64,000 nucleotides of DNA from Callorhinchus milii (GCF_018977255.1 NW_024704742.1:45262001-45326000), one strand, 5' to 3'. Shown: positions 1-12,510, counted from the stretch's first letter. Numbers and translations are program-made. The notes: generated by a model from the letters alone, not told the origin.

Positions 1-9
1 AATTGTGCT

Positions 10-250
10 AGCAAGTTCTTTTTGGGCAGTCAGGTGTCTGATACATGTGAAAGCCCATTTTCACACTTAAGCATATCCAAACCAAATTACTGTGAGTTCC
101 ACATATATATGGAAATTGCTTTTGCTGGTATAGAGTGCACACTCTACCACTGGATGTATGCAACATGCTTACCTTGTCATAGAGAGTTTAATCACAGGTT
201 GGCAAGAACCAAGGCTCATCGACCCCAATGTGCATTGGGATACTCACGGA
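10..250 (+). repeat. Unclassified dispersed repeat, copy 1
   Basis: tgtctgatacatgtgaaag...tatccaaacca...gagttccacatat...tggaaatt...ggttggcaaga aligns by eye with 35940-36128 and 40090-40250. Confidence 0.7.
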
Positions 251-1779
251 CCAGCAAAAACTTGAAACTTGAAACTTGGACGTAAAATCAAAGGAAGGAC
301 TTTTTTACAGGAACTATTATATTTCTTATTATACAGGAAGCCAATATTGTCTTAGGATCATAAGCTGAAGTATACCCCTCCCTTTTAGCTTTCTTGAAAA
401 AGGAGATCACCAGCTGGGATGAACACCATCTCCACTACCTGATGAGAAGTAAGGTATCAATTCCACACATCAAGAAGATCACAAAAAATGTACTCACCCT
501 CAACATCCAGCCAATAACTGTGACTCTCACGTGAGATGGAAGATCTCACAGAACATAAACAAGCCACAGTCAAATTCTTCTTCCTAGAGAGTCTGTAGGA
601 AGATACAGGCTAAATTATATGTATTCCCATGAATCTACAAAGTGTCTTCTATTTCGTGTTATGTTGTCTATTACCCTTAATGAATATGAAGCACATCCTA
701 CAATTCAAGCCAATACCGTCCTTCTGCACATCCACTGACCCCTCCGCCCCAGAGTCCCAGTCTTAACCACCCTGACAGCTTGTTTCATTTGTTAATTACC
801 TTCTGGGTATAAAAAACTTGAAATTGCTCTTTGCACACTGATAGCTCCTAATTATTATATTCTAATGTATAGGTGGCCATTCTTTCTAATCATGTTACAG
901 TTACCTTACCTATAAGCTCATGCACAAACCAGAAAACCAGAGACCTCAGTTTTCTCCCTTTTATTAGAAATAAACAGAAAAATTCAAGGAGCCCAACTTC
1001 CACACAGATATTTCCTCATCAGTTCCATGCAAGACAGCTAAAGCTGTGCTACAAGGTTGTATAATTTGTTATGTCCCAACACTGCCAAAGGAGTAACAGA
1101 AATAAATGTTTGCCCTTGTGTGGAAGGTTGTATGGTTGAAACAGTTGCATGGAAGAAGCAAATTTGATATAATTCATCCCAACCTGTTTAAGGCTGTAAC
1201 GTGACTTGGCTTCCTAATTACTAAGACAGTCAGGTTGTGTAATTCCTAAAGATATTTTACTCTTGGAGATGGTAGCGTGCCTTCCGAGCATTGACTTTAG
1301 AAGTTTTGATCTTGTTGTTCAAAATCCTTTTTTTCAGTTAATACGAATATGAATTATGATTTCTGGAATGTTTACAGCATTTATTATATATTACTATTAT
1401 TTATTAGAATATTTTCTCCCTCTCTCTGAGAGGAATGATTTCACAGCATTTTACAATTAGCCTTGTTATGTTTCACTGGTCATGACCAGTGACGAAGTAA
1501 GGTAGCATCATTTAAGGAATGATACGTAAGGATATTCCATGTTGAATATGCAAAAATGGGATGGGTTCCCGGTTGTTAAAAGCCAAACTGTTTTTTGATG
1601 GTCATCTTATGCTGGCAGCAGAGTTCTTCAGTTGGGAAAATTAGAATGCTTCTATTTTTGCATTGCTGAGGAAAGAGAGATCCTTCATGCATATAAAATA
1701 TGGACTTGTAATACAAAATTCTAGCAAAGATGCTTGTCGTTTGCTTGAAAATAAACAAAATTAGACTTACCCTTAAGAA

Positions 1780-2035
1780 TTTGGTCACTGGGGCAAGAAT
1801 TCTGTCCACTCAGCTCCTGTTAACTCTGCGAGATGGGTAGGGTGGTTTAGCTGGACAAGCAGTGAAACAGATAGTGTGCTTTCAATGGCAATGAAGCTTA
1901 GCTGGTTAAAGTCCAGCAGTACCCAAATGCACACTCTGTGGTCTCTAAGCCTTGGCTTTTGCCAAATTGCATTGAATACTCTCTGGAAATAGGTAAAACT
2001 GGTGCATCCCTCTGGAATGGTTTGGTTCATATTGC
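1780..2035 (-). repeat. Unclassified dispersed repeat, copy 2 (3' part)
   Basis: Reverse complement has gggtactgctggactttaa and gcagagttaacaggagctgagtggacagaattcttgccccagtga, matching 37530-37695 and 40375-40425. Confidence 0.7.
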
Positions 2036-2109
2036 ATGCGGTGCTTCAAGCAATTTATACCTACCTAAAAATCAATTGATGTGTTTTGTTCCTGCAAATT
2101 CATGCTAGG

Positions 2110-2250
2110 TCAAGACGGAGTTTCCCAGGAAGTTTTCGTTTACACAGAGGGTAACCAACGGCTGGAACAAGGTGGGATGGTAGGGTGGATGTTCTGGAGG
2201 AATTAAACCATTTGGGCCTAAGGGCCTTCTTCAACCAGGCCTATCTTATA
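2110..2250 (+). mobile_element. CR1 LINE 3' end fragment
   Basis: tttacacagagggtaaccaacggctggaac (FTQRV..WN-like) followed by gggcctaagggccttct 3' UTR motif. Confidence 0.55.
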
Positions 2251-2385
2251 GAATCATAGAATATTACAGCACAGAATGAGGCCATTCGACCCATCCTGCC
2301 TTTGCCAGCAATTTGGAAAAACTGCCCAATCAGTCCCACTTCCCAGCTCTTCCTCATAGCATTCTTCCTTTCTCCCATTTTAAGT
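2250..2385 (-). mobile_element. CR1 LINE 3' end fragment
   Basis: agaatcatagaatattacagcacagaatgaggccattcgacccatc is the reverse of a typical CR1 3' terminus. Confidence 0.6.
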
Positions 2386-2429
2386 CAATGAGGAGAGTGA
2401 TGCCTAATAGTTCTACCGATATCTAGAAA

Positions 2430-3450
2430 ATAGCTCTGTTGAAGATACATGTGAACTTGTATCACACACACCAATATTATACTTCAAGAATGTATGGGAA
2501 TATTATGATGAGAAGTGACTGGTCTCTTTTGGAACTCCTAACCCCAAAATGAATCCAGTTGCATTTGATGCCCTATCAGCTCTACAAGTTTACTATGTTG
2601 AACTGAAACCAGAACAGCAGCAGTTAGCCCTCAGAGCAAACAAGCAAGTTGCTGCCTAACCTATCACTGGTATCATCGATACTCTAGAAGATTCCAAGAT
2701 ATTTCAAATTCCTCTGGAAACACCCAATATCAGTGTTTCATACATCGGTGTTCAAGTCACCTGCAACTTATAGTCCCTGCAAAAGACTAACCACCTCCTT
2801 TATCCCAATTTGTAAGCAATCCAGTGGCATCTGGCCCAATAAAGTATTTTATGAATCTCACTGAAGAGCAGAGTCAATATCTACAAAAAAAAATCATCTC
2901 ACAGATGATTGTATTTTTAGGTCAGCACAGTGGACATCTGATGGTGGCATGACTGTGAATGAAATGCTATGAAATCTACAAGGGGGATTTTTTTAGTTTT
3001 CCTCTCCTGAAAATATTCATGGGATTTCAGTCATTTAGTAGATGATGGACATGTAAAGACAACATTTGGTTCCATGCCTCATCTATCATGGGCATGCTCC
3101 AAAGTCTAACCATTCCCATGAAAGGTATTTTGGAAGAAAACACTGTTACAATACTAGGCCTTTTGTTCTAGATCCTGGAAAAAAGCACCAATCACCCCAA
3201 TCTTCCATGATTGGGCCTGTTATCTCAGTAGAGACCAACTCCAATAGCTCAAATATATTTTTTAGAATTGGGTCATAATGTGTTTCACCTGCTTAAAATA
3301 CAAGCAAAGAATAAAATGCCCACAATGCCAATGTCAATTCGTAAATGAATGGCAAAGTAATTCCTCAGGAACAGGTAATAATAATTCTTGGATTGGAGAC
3401 AGAAGCTATAGTGTCAAATAGGCCTTCACAAGCAGATGATTGTTGTTCAT
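2430..3450 (+). pseudogene. Highly decayed Gypsy/Ty3-type pol relic (RNase H to integrase)
   Basis: Ordered remnants: NPVAF (~2553), HLVDDGH, LVP..HERYFGRKHCYNTRPFVLDPG (ORF 3066-3278, resembles integrase His-Cys region LHEGHxG...VWWPG) and GDRSYSVK near 3400; many stops and frameshifts. Confidence 0.45.
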
Positions 3451-3461
3451 GAATAATGATG

Positions 3462-3905
3462 ACAACAACACCAACTTTGCATTTGTATAGTGCCTCTCAC
3501 GCAGGGTAGCATCCTAGAGTGCTTGACAGTAGTGGAGCATGACTCCAAGCTGGGGGAAGGGGAGGTGATGGAAGGCATGATCAAATAGGAAGGTCTTCAG
3601 GTGCGACCTGAAAATAGGGAAGGAAGGGACAATGTCGAGGGATAGAGGAAGGGAGGCCAGAGTTTCGGCGCGTAGTGGCTGAAAGCACGGCCAGCAATGG
3701 TGGAACGAGGGACATGCAGGGACATGCGGAGGCTGGAACCAGTTGAGCGGAAGCAATGGGTTGTGGCTTATGGGCTAAGCAGGTTGGAGAGGCAGGGAGG
3801 TGCCAGGGCATGAAAGGATTTGAAAACAAATGTGAGGATCTTGAAATCGACCCATTTGGTGATGGGGAGCGAGTGGAGCTTGGATAGAACTGGTGTGATG
3901 GCGTG
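3462..3905 (-). mobile_element. L2 LINE 3' fragment (tail type A)
   Basis: C-terminal FRSHLKTFLFDHAF, tail gcgtgagaggcactatacaaatgcaa-(ttg)n on minus strand. Confidence 0.85.
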
Positions 3906-3909
3906 ACAT

Positions 3910-4217
3910 TTTATAAACAATTGTGGCAGCCTAACTGTACACAAAAAGCCATAAGGTGACTGACTAATCTATTTAGAACTTTATTGTTCAGGACAGTGAA
4001 AACAAAGCTTTTATTTTTTCAAGTGATGTCAAGAGTAGACAGACAGGCCTTCAGTTTAACATTTCATCCAAAAGCAACACCTCCCTCAATGCATCTCCCC
4101 CAATATTGCAATGGAGTGTCAGTTTGAACTATGAGCTTAAAATCCTATTCTGGGGATGGAACCTATAACCTTTCATCCTGAGGTAAGAATGCTACCAATT
4201 GAGCCAAGCTGATACCT
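3910..4217 (-). mobile_element. SacSINE1/DeuSINE-like tRNA-derived SINE
   Basis: Head ggtatcagcttggctcaattggtagca and core ttttggatgaaatgttaaactgaaggcctgtctgtc on minus strand. Confidence 0.7.
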
Positions 4218-4583
4218 GATCTAACCATAACAGGATAATGTACCCACATTTCATCCTTAAATGCCTGTTAGCTGCACCTTGTCTCAACCACTATTATCTG
4301 AGGATAAGCCTTGTATGTGCATCGATTTACAATGCTGCATGGATTATATTCAAGCAAAGCGTTTCTTCAAGCAGTTCTAAGTAATGCTCGTCTTTCAATT
4401 GTTAAGATGTACTTTATTGAGTAAATGGAAGGTATACCGCATATTTAATGAACAAATATAAAGCTCAATAATCAGAATGCACTGCGTGCAGAGAATGCCC
4501 TTGAGTTAAAGGTTTTGTATTTTTATACCATTGCATAAGATGGTTTTGTTTATTGAGTATATTGGGCAAAATTGGAAATATTA

Positions 4584-5087
4584 AACAATAACAGCAACAA
4601 ATTACATTTGTATAGTGCCTTTCACATCGGGAGGATGTCCCAAGATGCTGGACAATCAGGGATTTGGATCCATGCTGGGGGTTGGGATTAGGAGGGGTGT
4701 AGGGCAGGGAGAGTTGGAGTGGGAGGGTGAAGGGTAACCCAAAGTGTGGTCGAAAAGTAGGGTCTCGAGATAGGCCTTGAAGTGAGGCAAGGGAGGAAGT
4801 AATCTGAAAGGACTGTAGGATGGAGTTCCAAACAGTGAGGGCAAAGAGACTGAAAGACCAAGCGACGATGGTGGGGCAGGCTGGGCGGGGGATGTGTAAA
4901 AGCCTGCTGAGTGGAGGAAGCGGACAGATCGATATGGCATCAGCAGGTCACAATGGAGAAAGGCAGTTAAAGTCTTTGAAGGCAAGGTCAACGATTTTGA
5001 ATTGTATCCTCTGAGGGATGGGAAGCCAGTAGAGCCTGGCAAAGGTGGTTGTGATAGGGTCACGGAGCCTGGTGCAGAAGAAGACAC
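4584..5087 (-). mobile_element. L2 LINE 3' fragment (tail type B)
   Basis: DPITTTFARLYWLPIPQRIQFKI (L2 'LHWLP..RI.FK'); tail gggacatcctcccgatgtgaaaggcactatacaaatgtaa. Confidence 0.85.
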
Positions 5088-7032
5088 AATTAAAATCCTT
5101 AACAACACTAATTGCAAAAAATACAATTATTTCAACTGAGAAATGGATTGAAAATTTCTTCAAGACCCTTGGAAAATTGTGAACATATCTTTATAGGTAT
5201 ACTCAATAAACCAAGATAACTGAAATCTATTTTGGGATCTTTTGCTCCATTAACTTTTAATTATACAGTCCTCTCCAGTTCTACATTTTAAGAATCTTCT
5301 AAAGATCTGTCCTTTTGATTGTGCCTTCAACCACTATTAGATTCTCATTGCTTGGTGACCATCACTTCATATCAAGTGTTTCACAATTTGCTTCAATGCA
5401 AAAAAACGCTATATAAAGGAAATAGTTATTTTGTTATTAAATAGCTAGTCATTACAAAATTATAAGAAAAAGCTTTCCCTACTTCTTTTCCAAATTTGAG
5501 AGTTTCTCCCTCTATCCTAGCCAACAACCCACAGATTAAATATTACTAATTAATTGCTTTTGAGGCGTATTGGACTAGCCACATTTGCCTAAAAAAAGCA
5601 GTCACTCCACTTTACCTTAAATCCTGTGAAGCATTTTGAGATGCCTTTCTGACATGAAAGGTGCTACACCAAATGCAAGGATTATAATATTACTATAAAT
5701 AAGAATCAAATATCTATGCAACCAATACTGGTGATTGATTATATATTTGCACTGCTTTAGGTTCTGAAATGTGGAAATAAATAAAATATTAGAGCAAAAT
5801 AATTTTGCTAACCGAACGTAAAGAGAACAGGTCAGAGAAAACATTCTTAACAGGTTTTCAAGAATGAAAAACTGGAGTAGAACCACGAATAACAGTTGCA
5901 ACATCGGGATTGAATCTATAGCCTTCTGACCATGCCGCAAGAGTTCCAACAACGAACCCACTGACACTTTGATGTATTTCTGTAGTTAACTCAGTTGATC
6001 CTGAGGCATCTGTTCAGACTGACTAATTTTCTGCAAACTAGCCACTAAACTTAAAATAATTGAAGCAAATTAATGATGAAATTAGTTATTTCTGTAAATG
6101 GGAAAGTGCAACACACTGGCTAGAACACAATCCTTGTATAAACATGAAGAAAGGAAAGTGTAACATGTTGCCTTTATTTTACACATGAAAAAAATGAAAA
6201 TTATATTCATATTATATATATATTTTTGCATATGAACAAAGGAATTTCTAATTTATCTTACTTGCCTAAATTGTCAAAAAAACTTTAATGAAGAATAGAA
6301 ACATTTATTTTTGACTGCAACTATTTATATTGTATTCTTATTGGTGCATTCTTTTTGCCCGTTCTTGCTTTGCTGATTGTAATAAATCATTTGTGGCCTA
6401 GTTTCATGTGCTAGTTTGTAAAGATTACCAATGGAATAATGTTCTCCTGCATATAGGAGCAGTCTAGTTGAGGCTTGCTTACTACATATACACGCATAAA
6501 AGAACTCATCAGGGACAAGATACAAAAGCATCAGAAAAGTGTCAGAACCAAACAGTGTGGCACAGAGGCCATCTTTCAGAGGGTGACAAAGAAACAGAAG
6601 AGTGCATTCCCACAGGATCTACTAAACATAACTCTTTTCCTCTGTACACATTTGTTACATAACATACATAGCAAATGACAAGTTACCAAAATCCCTAGCA
6701 TGGAGGGATGAAACAAAACTGGGACAGATATCATTCCTGCCATCTTTTTACACTATATCAAAGTAAAGTACTGATGTTTTTTCTAAAGGATCATGTTAAC
6801 TTTGTTGCTATTCTCTACTTTAAGTGCTATTTATGAATTTCAATCAGGGTGTAAAATTATAATCTTACACAGATGGCCAATTTTATGTGTTTTCAGAGTG
6901 TAATTTTTAAGGTCATCTTTGCACTCTGTATTCAAACAATCGGACTGCAAAAATGATGTGGGATTTTAATTCAAACGTGACATAAAGACATGCAATCCAA
7001 ACATAACATAATAATCAATTTTGTATAGTGCA

Positions 7033-7091
7033 AAGCAAAGTTCTACACACAAACAGTATAAGTGTTACTGTTTGTGAGTAGAACTTTGCTT
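7033..7091. repeat. Near-perfect inverted repeat (26-bp arms, 7-nt loop)
   Basis: aagcaaagttctacacacaaacagta / taagtgt / tactgtttgtgagtagaactttgctt, one mismatch. Confidence 0.95.
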
Positions 7092-8914
7092 ATTTCTATT
7101 TCTCTGTCAGGGTGCAAGGAGTGCTGGGGCTCACTTTAAAGGAGGAAACCCAATTGTTGTAAACTAAACATATAAAACCAGATCCATGTGGTTATTTTAC
7201 ATGATCAATACAACTACATAACAATAGATAAATATGAATATTAAGCTGCAGGTTGAATCAAAGATCCAAGCAAAATAGCAATAGTTGTTTGTTTTATTTG
7301 AACAACACCTGCTGCAGCAACATTTAATGCCACTACATTGCTACAATATTTGTTTGCACTCATTCTTGAGGGAATCAATTTTAAGATCCCTTGAGAAAGA
7401 ATGTTTGACAAATTCAAGGTTTAGACATTTAAATACAATCTATTTTCTTTTATAAACTCCTCATGATGATTCTTTTGTCACAATATTCATAAGTTGGAAA
7501 CTAATTGAAGTTTATTTCCTAGCACATGCTATGAGGCTCCTGGGATTCTTTTTATGTAATTGCCATCCTGTTCAGAATCAACCAGCTCAAATTGTAGTTA
7601 ATAAAAGAAACGCAGTCTGGAGACTGTTAAATAAACTAAACGGTTTGATCTGCCTGTATTTATTTCAGATGAAACACTTCTTTGTTGATTAATGCAGATT
7701 TTCCACATGCGCAGCTTCTTTTTCCCAGTCTCAGTGTCTAACGTGTCACAGTGTAGGGTAAACTGATTTCAAGGAGTAAAGGTTTTGCTTATCATCATTT
7801 CATCAGCAGGAGGTGTGACCTACATTCTTGAGCAACTTTCTTGCTTAGACTTACAAACTTAGCTTTGTAACCTGGTGTTTTGTACAGAGTGACTTATTGA
7901 ATTCATGAGCAGTTTTCTTACTTAATTCTAGTCTGCCTGTCTCCACAAATCCTGTATCTATGAAGTATATTTACACCCGTAAACCGATAGTGTGCAATTA
8001 AACTAATCATTATAAAAATATTTATTGAAATGTCATAATGAATTTACAAATATTGCAACCTGTAGCTTGTAAACATAAGGCTTAAAATACTTGATTTACA
8101 GGCTCCAGTCTATGATAGGCATTAGTGAGAAAATATTCATGCTTACCAGTCCTTTTTGCCCTTTATTACTTAATGTATTCAATATGAAATACTTTTAAAA
8201 ATTGGAAGCTGAAACATCAAATGTTTTATTACCAATTTCAGATGGAGTGCTGAAAACTGTTTGATACAAACACGATCAGTTTATTATAACTATAGTAAAC
8301 AGTTATTTCAGTTTGCTCAAAACCAAGCTACATGTGGTGTTGCAGATCTTCTATGTTCGTATGTTGCATTGAACTTAACATAGAATAGTCAGTGCTATAA
8401 AAAATCTGAAGATTATTATTAAAAGACCTAAATCTGGAGCAAAGCTGGACTTTCTCACTTGCATTATTCAGGTGCCAGAGTCTTTATCTTTCTGGTAAGT
8501 TAGCTTGTTAGAACTTTAGCGATAGACACATGCATGGAAGATTAATCTTTTCTAATAATTAATGATCAATTAAAAATCAATTGAGTTCCACTAATAGTCA
8601 TAGCTAAAGGGGGCAATATATGGCTGAATTCCTTTTGTTAATCTTTTGTATCAAGAAACTGATTAGTGTGACAATCTTTGTAAACCTATCAGAGATGGTG
8701 AAAGTGAAGACATTTATTAATTTTGATAGACTTCAAATAGAACTCTTGAACTGAGAACATCAAATATCCAAGAAACATATTAACTCTTACACATTCAGTG
8801 TGTTCATCAACATGCAATTGAGCAGGTTGAGGAACAGTCAGCTTCCTCCCAATACATAACAAACAACTGTTTGTAGGATACTGCTGTGAGCAATTGGCTG
8901 CCATGGTTCAAAAA

Positions 8915-9030
8915 GTCTTAAGGCTTCTGGCTAAATGGTTCAAGCCCCATGTTGGGACTTGGAACTCATATTGTCTCAGCTGACACACCAATAAAGTGCT
9001 GGGGGTGTGTTGTATTGTTGAAGGTGCTCC
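8915..9030 (+). mobile_element. DeuSINE-like SINE 5' part, cut off by L2
   Basis: ggttcaagcccc B-box-like motif, gctgacac...gtgttgtattgttgaaggtgct. Confidence 0.55.
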
Positions 9031-9033
9031 CTA

Positions 9034-9433
9034 TAACAGAACGGATCGACTTAAGATCCTCACTCTAGTGTTTAAATCCCTCCATTCCTTGGCTCCGCCC
9101 TATCTCTCAAACCTCCTCTCCCCACAGCAGTACCCGTTACCTCTGCTCTCCTGGGTCCAGCCTCCTTCCTTGTCTCACGAATCCTCTGCTCCACCATCGG
9201 AGCAGCCACTACACCCAGAAACTTTGCAACTCCCTCCTTTAACCTGTTCAACTCATCCCCTCCTTCCCCATACTCAGGTCACGGCTGAAGACCTTCCTCT
9301 TTGACCGTGCCTATGGTCACCTTCCCCTGCCCGTGGCTCAGACTCAAGCTCCGCCATTGTTAAGTGTTCTGAGATGCCGCCTGGCATGGAGGGCACTATA
9401 TAAATGCAAGTTGTCGTTGTTGTTTTTGTTGTT
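9034..9433 (+). mobile_element. L2 LINE 3' fragment (tail type A)
   Basis: KILTLVFKSLHSLAPPYLSNLL in ORF 8996-9304; tail gggcactatataaatgcaagttgtcgttgttg. Confidence 0.85.
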
Positions 9434-9489
9434 GCTAGAATCGGAGGCAGAAACCATCCTCTTATTTAAAACTGTATACGTAGAAGGAA

Positions 9490-10760
9490 ATAGAACTATG
9501 CAGTTCTGGACAGTTAAGCTCCAGCACTACCCCAAGGGTAGATGACATATATGGATCTCTCAGTTCAGTTTGGATATTCTAAACAACAACAACTTGCACT
9601 TATACAATGCCATCCATGCAGGGTAGCATCTCATAGCGCTTAACAGTGATGGAGCCTGACTCCAAGCCGGGGTGTGTGGGGTGGAGGTGGCCATATGCAC
9701 AGTCGAAGAGAAATGTTTTCAGGTGGGACTTGGAAAAGGGGAGAGAGGGGCGAAGATGGAGGGATTGAGGGAGAGTGTTCCAGAGTTTCGGGGCATAGTG
9801 GCTGAAAGCTCAACCTCCGATGATGGGGCGAAGGGTGTGAACAGGAATCTGGTCCAGTCAAGCTGTGGTGCTGGGTGATGGATTGGGGTGTTTGGAGGTC
9901 GGAGAGGTAGGGAGTGCCAGGGAGTGAAGGGATTTGAACACGAGTGTGAAGATCTTGAAGTCAATCCATTCGGTGATGGGGAGCCAGTGGAGCCCGGCCA
10001 GAACTGGCGAGATGTGGGTACAGAGTTTGGTCCGGGTCAGTATGCGGGCGAGTTGGGAATGATCTGGATCTTTTGCATAGTGGAGCTGGGGAGTGTGTTT
10101 GAGTAATCCAAGCGGGAGATGACAAACGCATGAACAAAAGTTTCAGCTGCATTTGGGATAAGATACAGTCAGAGGCGGGCAATGTGGCAAAGGTGGAAGA
10201 ATGCTGTCGTGATCAGGGACCGGATATGCAGGTTGAACCAGATGCCTAGATTGTGCACTGATTCATTGAGTCTGAGGGAGAGCCCAGGGAGGTTGAGGAG
10301 TTCAGATCCGCAGGAGTGAAGATGTTGATGGGAGCCAAGGAATATGGCTTCTGTTTTGTCCACATTCAGCTGCAGGAAGTTTACACTCACCCAGGCCTTG
10401 ATGTCTGCCACACAAGCTGAGAGAACATTGGCAGACCTGGAGTTGGTACTGGAGGAGACAAAGTAGATTTATGTGTCATCGGCATGCATGTGGAAGTTTA
10501 CACCGTGTCTGCAGATGACATCGGCCAGAGGGAGCATATAGATAAGGAAAAGAAGAGCAGAGAGTGGAGGGAGAGGTGTGATTGAAGTTGACCTGCAACA
10601 ATGCATTCCAAAACATTGGCAAGGAAGGTTATTGGAAATGGGATGGTAGTGTGAGAGATTAGAGGGATCGAGGGTGGGTTTTTTGAGGAGTGGGGTGATG
10701 AGTATTGTGATGAGTTTCAGCATGTGTCAGTCATCCAGCTGACCAAAACAAAATTGAATT
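9490..10760 (-). repeat. Unclassified dispersed repeat, copy 3, split by L2 (pieces ~9490-9580 and ~10700-10760)
   Basis: Minus strand ggatgactgacacatgctgaaactcatcacaatactca | L2 | agaatatccaaactgaactgagagatccatatatg...ccttggggtagtgctgg matches 40092-40165 and 37527-37545. Confidence 0.65.
9581..10699 (-). mobile_element. L2 LINE, 5'-truncated, decayed RT with internal deletion
   Basis: ITPLLKKPTLDPSNLSHYHPIS, YMLPLADVICRHGVNFHMHADDT, DIKAWVSVNFLQLNVDKTE; (caa)n tail at 9581. Confidence 0.9.
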
Positions 10761-11549
10761 CAAAAGTTAATTTATAATGTTATCCAACTGCGAGAAACAT
10801 CTAGAAGTGTGCTACTTGGATTACAGAAATTAGATTCAGTTGTGATATGCTGCCACTAATCACATTTAGAAACTTGAAGCGACTGTAATTATGCAAGCTA
10901 CATTTTGTTGGTTATGCTTATGTTAATCGCATCTATAACTCCACTGTACTCCAAGATTCTAAATACTGTATGAAGTTAAATAAATTAGCTTTATCTGGAA
11001 GTGTAAAGTGTACCATGCCAAGTCTTGATGTGTCTGAGACAGACCAGAGGGGATCTACATATTGCCAGAACTGCAGTGTACTTTAAAGCACCACCAGCTG
11101 CAATCCACTATATTCTATGCAGCACGCAAATTGCTGCTACTTTTGCCTACTAATACAATCCTGACACTCTTGTAAAAAATCTGTGATGCTCTTTGAGACA
11201 CTTTAACGATGTGATAAAGTGCTAAATCAAATATAAGTTTAATTATAATTATTATTTCCTTGCATCATTATTATATAGGAATGACTCGGCTGAAATTACA
11301 TTTCCACCTTAAAATAATTAATTGTAGGAATTCATCAAGCCACATTCATCTCTTCTACAGAGATCAGAACTCATCCTTAATATTACACAACAGAAAATAA
11401 CATAATTGGAAACATCAACTTATGGGTTCAATGTTTACTAAAATAGTCTGATTATGAATTGTATGGCAGTGATGTTAAAGGACTTCTTATACAGGAAAAT
11501 CATATCTCCAGATTATAGAAATGTATGTATCATACACTGAAATACTACC

Positions 11550-12150
11550 ATGGGATATATTTTACTGTTTGTGGTACCAGAGGTTAATGTAATCGTCAGT
11601 ATTTACTTCTTTTTGAGGGGGAATAAAATATAGTAGCCACCAGATTTCTAATTTCTCCCCACTGTTACCAATAGCCTCATATGCATGTGACACTGACATA
11701 TATTGGGGTAGAAACTGTAGCATGTGATATAATAATTATGTTTACACTTTCTTCCTGAGATTTTGCACTGAGTAGATTGTTGAACCAAGTGTGCACTGAT
11801 GATTTTAGCAGCAAGAATAAAATAAGGAGATTGACAATAATACATCTTTTTGATCTGGACCCAGATGAAGTCTGGATCAGTTTGATTTGTAAATAGGATG
11901 CAAGTCTCACAACTTCTTTTCTGAGACCATTCTAATCGGCCTGATCATCGCAGATACCCACTGTATTTGTTATTCCTTTTAAGATACAAATGAAAGGCTT
12001 CTTCAACATTGATCAACTGCTGGTCAGGAATGCCAATCATTATTGAATGCTTTAGATGATCAGTGGACTTGGTCAACACAAGCCGTAAGCAGTCATTACT
12101 TCTTGTGGAAAGTGAACCATCTAAGTCAGGTCATTAGTGACTGCAAAGCG
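11550..12150 (-). pseudogene. Possible decayed Gypsy gag/protease relic
   Basis: DHLKHSIMIGIPDQQL resembles gag 'LRDRIVIGIRD..L'; downstream QCKISGRKCKH resembles a degenerate zinc knuckle; weak. Confidence 0.3.
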
Positions 12151-12510
12151 AAGCGCAGTCAGGGACGTGGCAGTCTGTTTATTTTGCCTCCAATATGATC
12201 ATTGGCGATCAGGAGACTAGTACAGCTAGGCTAGGTGAACAAATTCTGTCACTGGCACTCGGTATGTAAGTAAAGTAAAATGTACAGCAGATGGTGGGTG
12301 GTAACTGATGCCAGGGTAAGCTTTTTGGTCCAGAAAGATACTTCTGTCCAAAGAACTTTGAAGGTGCTTCTTTCTATACTTTGCTTGCAAGAGCTTGCCA
12401 GCCCACTGGAATCATAGCCATTCCATCACTACATTTGCTGCAGGCTTATTTAAGGAGATCAAAGTGAAAGGTGGATGCAGCTGTTTGCTGCCTACTCTAT
12501 TAAGAACATA

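Noticed and set aside
22..560. ORF 22-285 and an apparent Gypsy-like 'ITGW' peptide
   Set aside because: The DNA is homologous to the non-coding unclassified repeat, whose copies do not preserve a frame.
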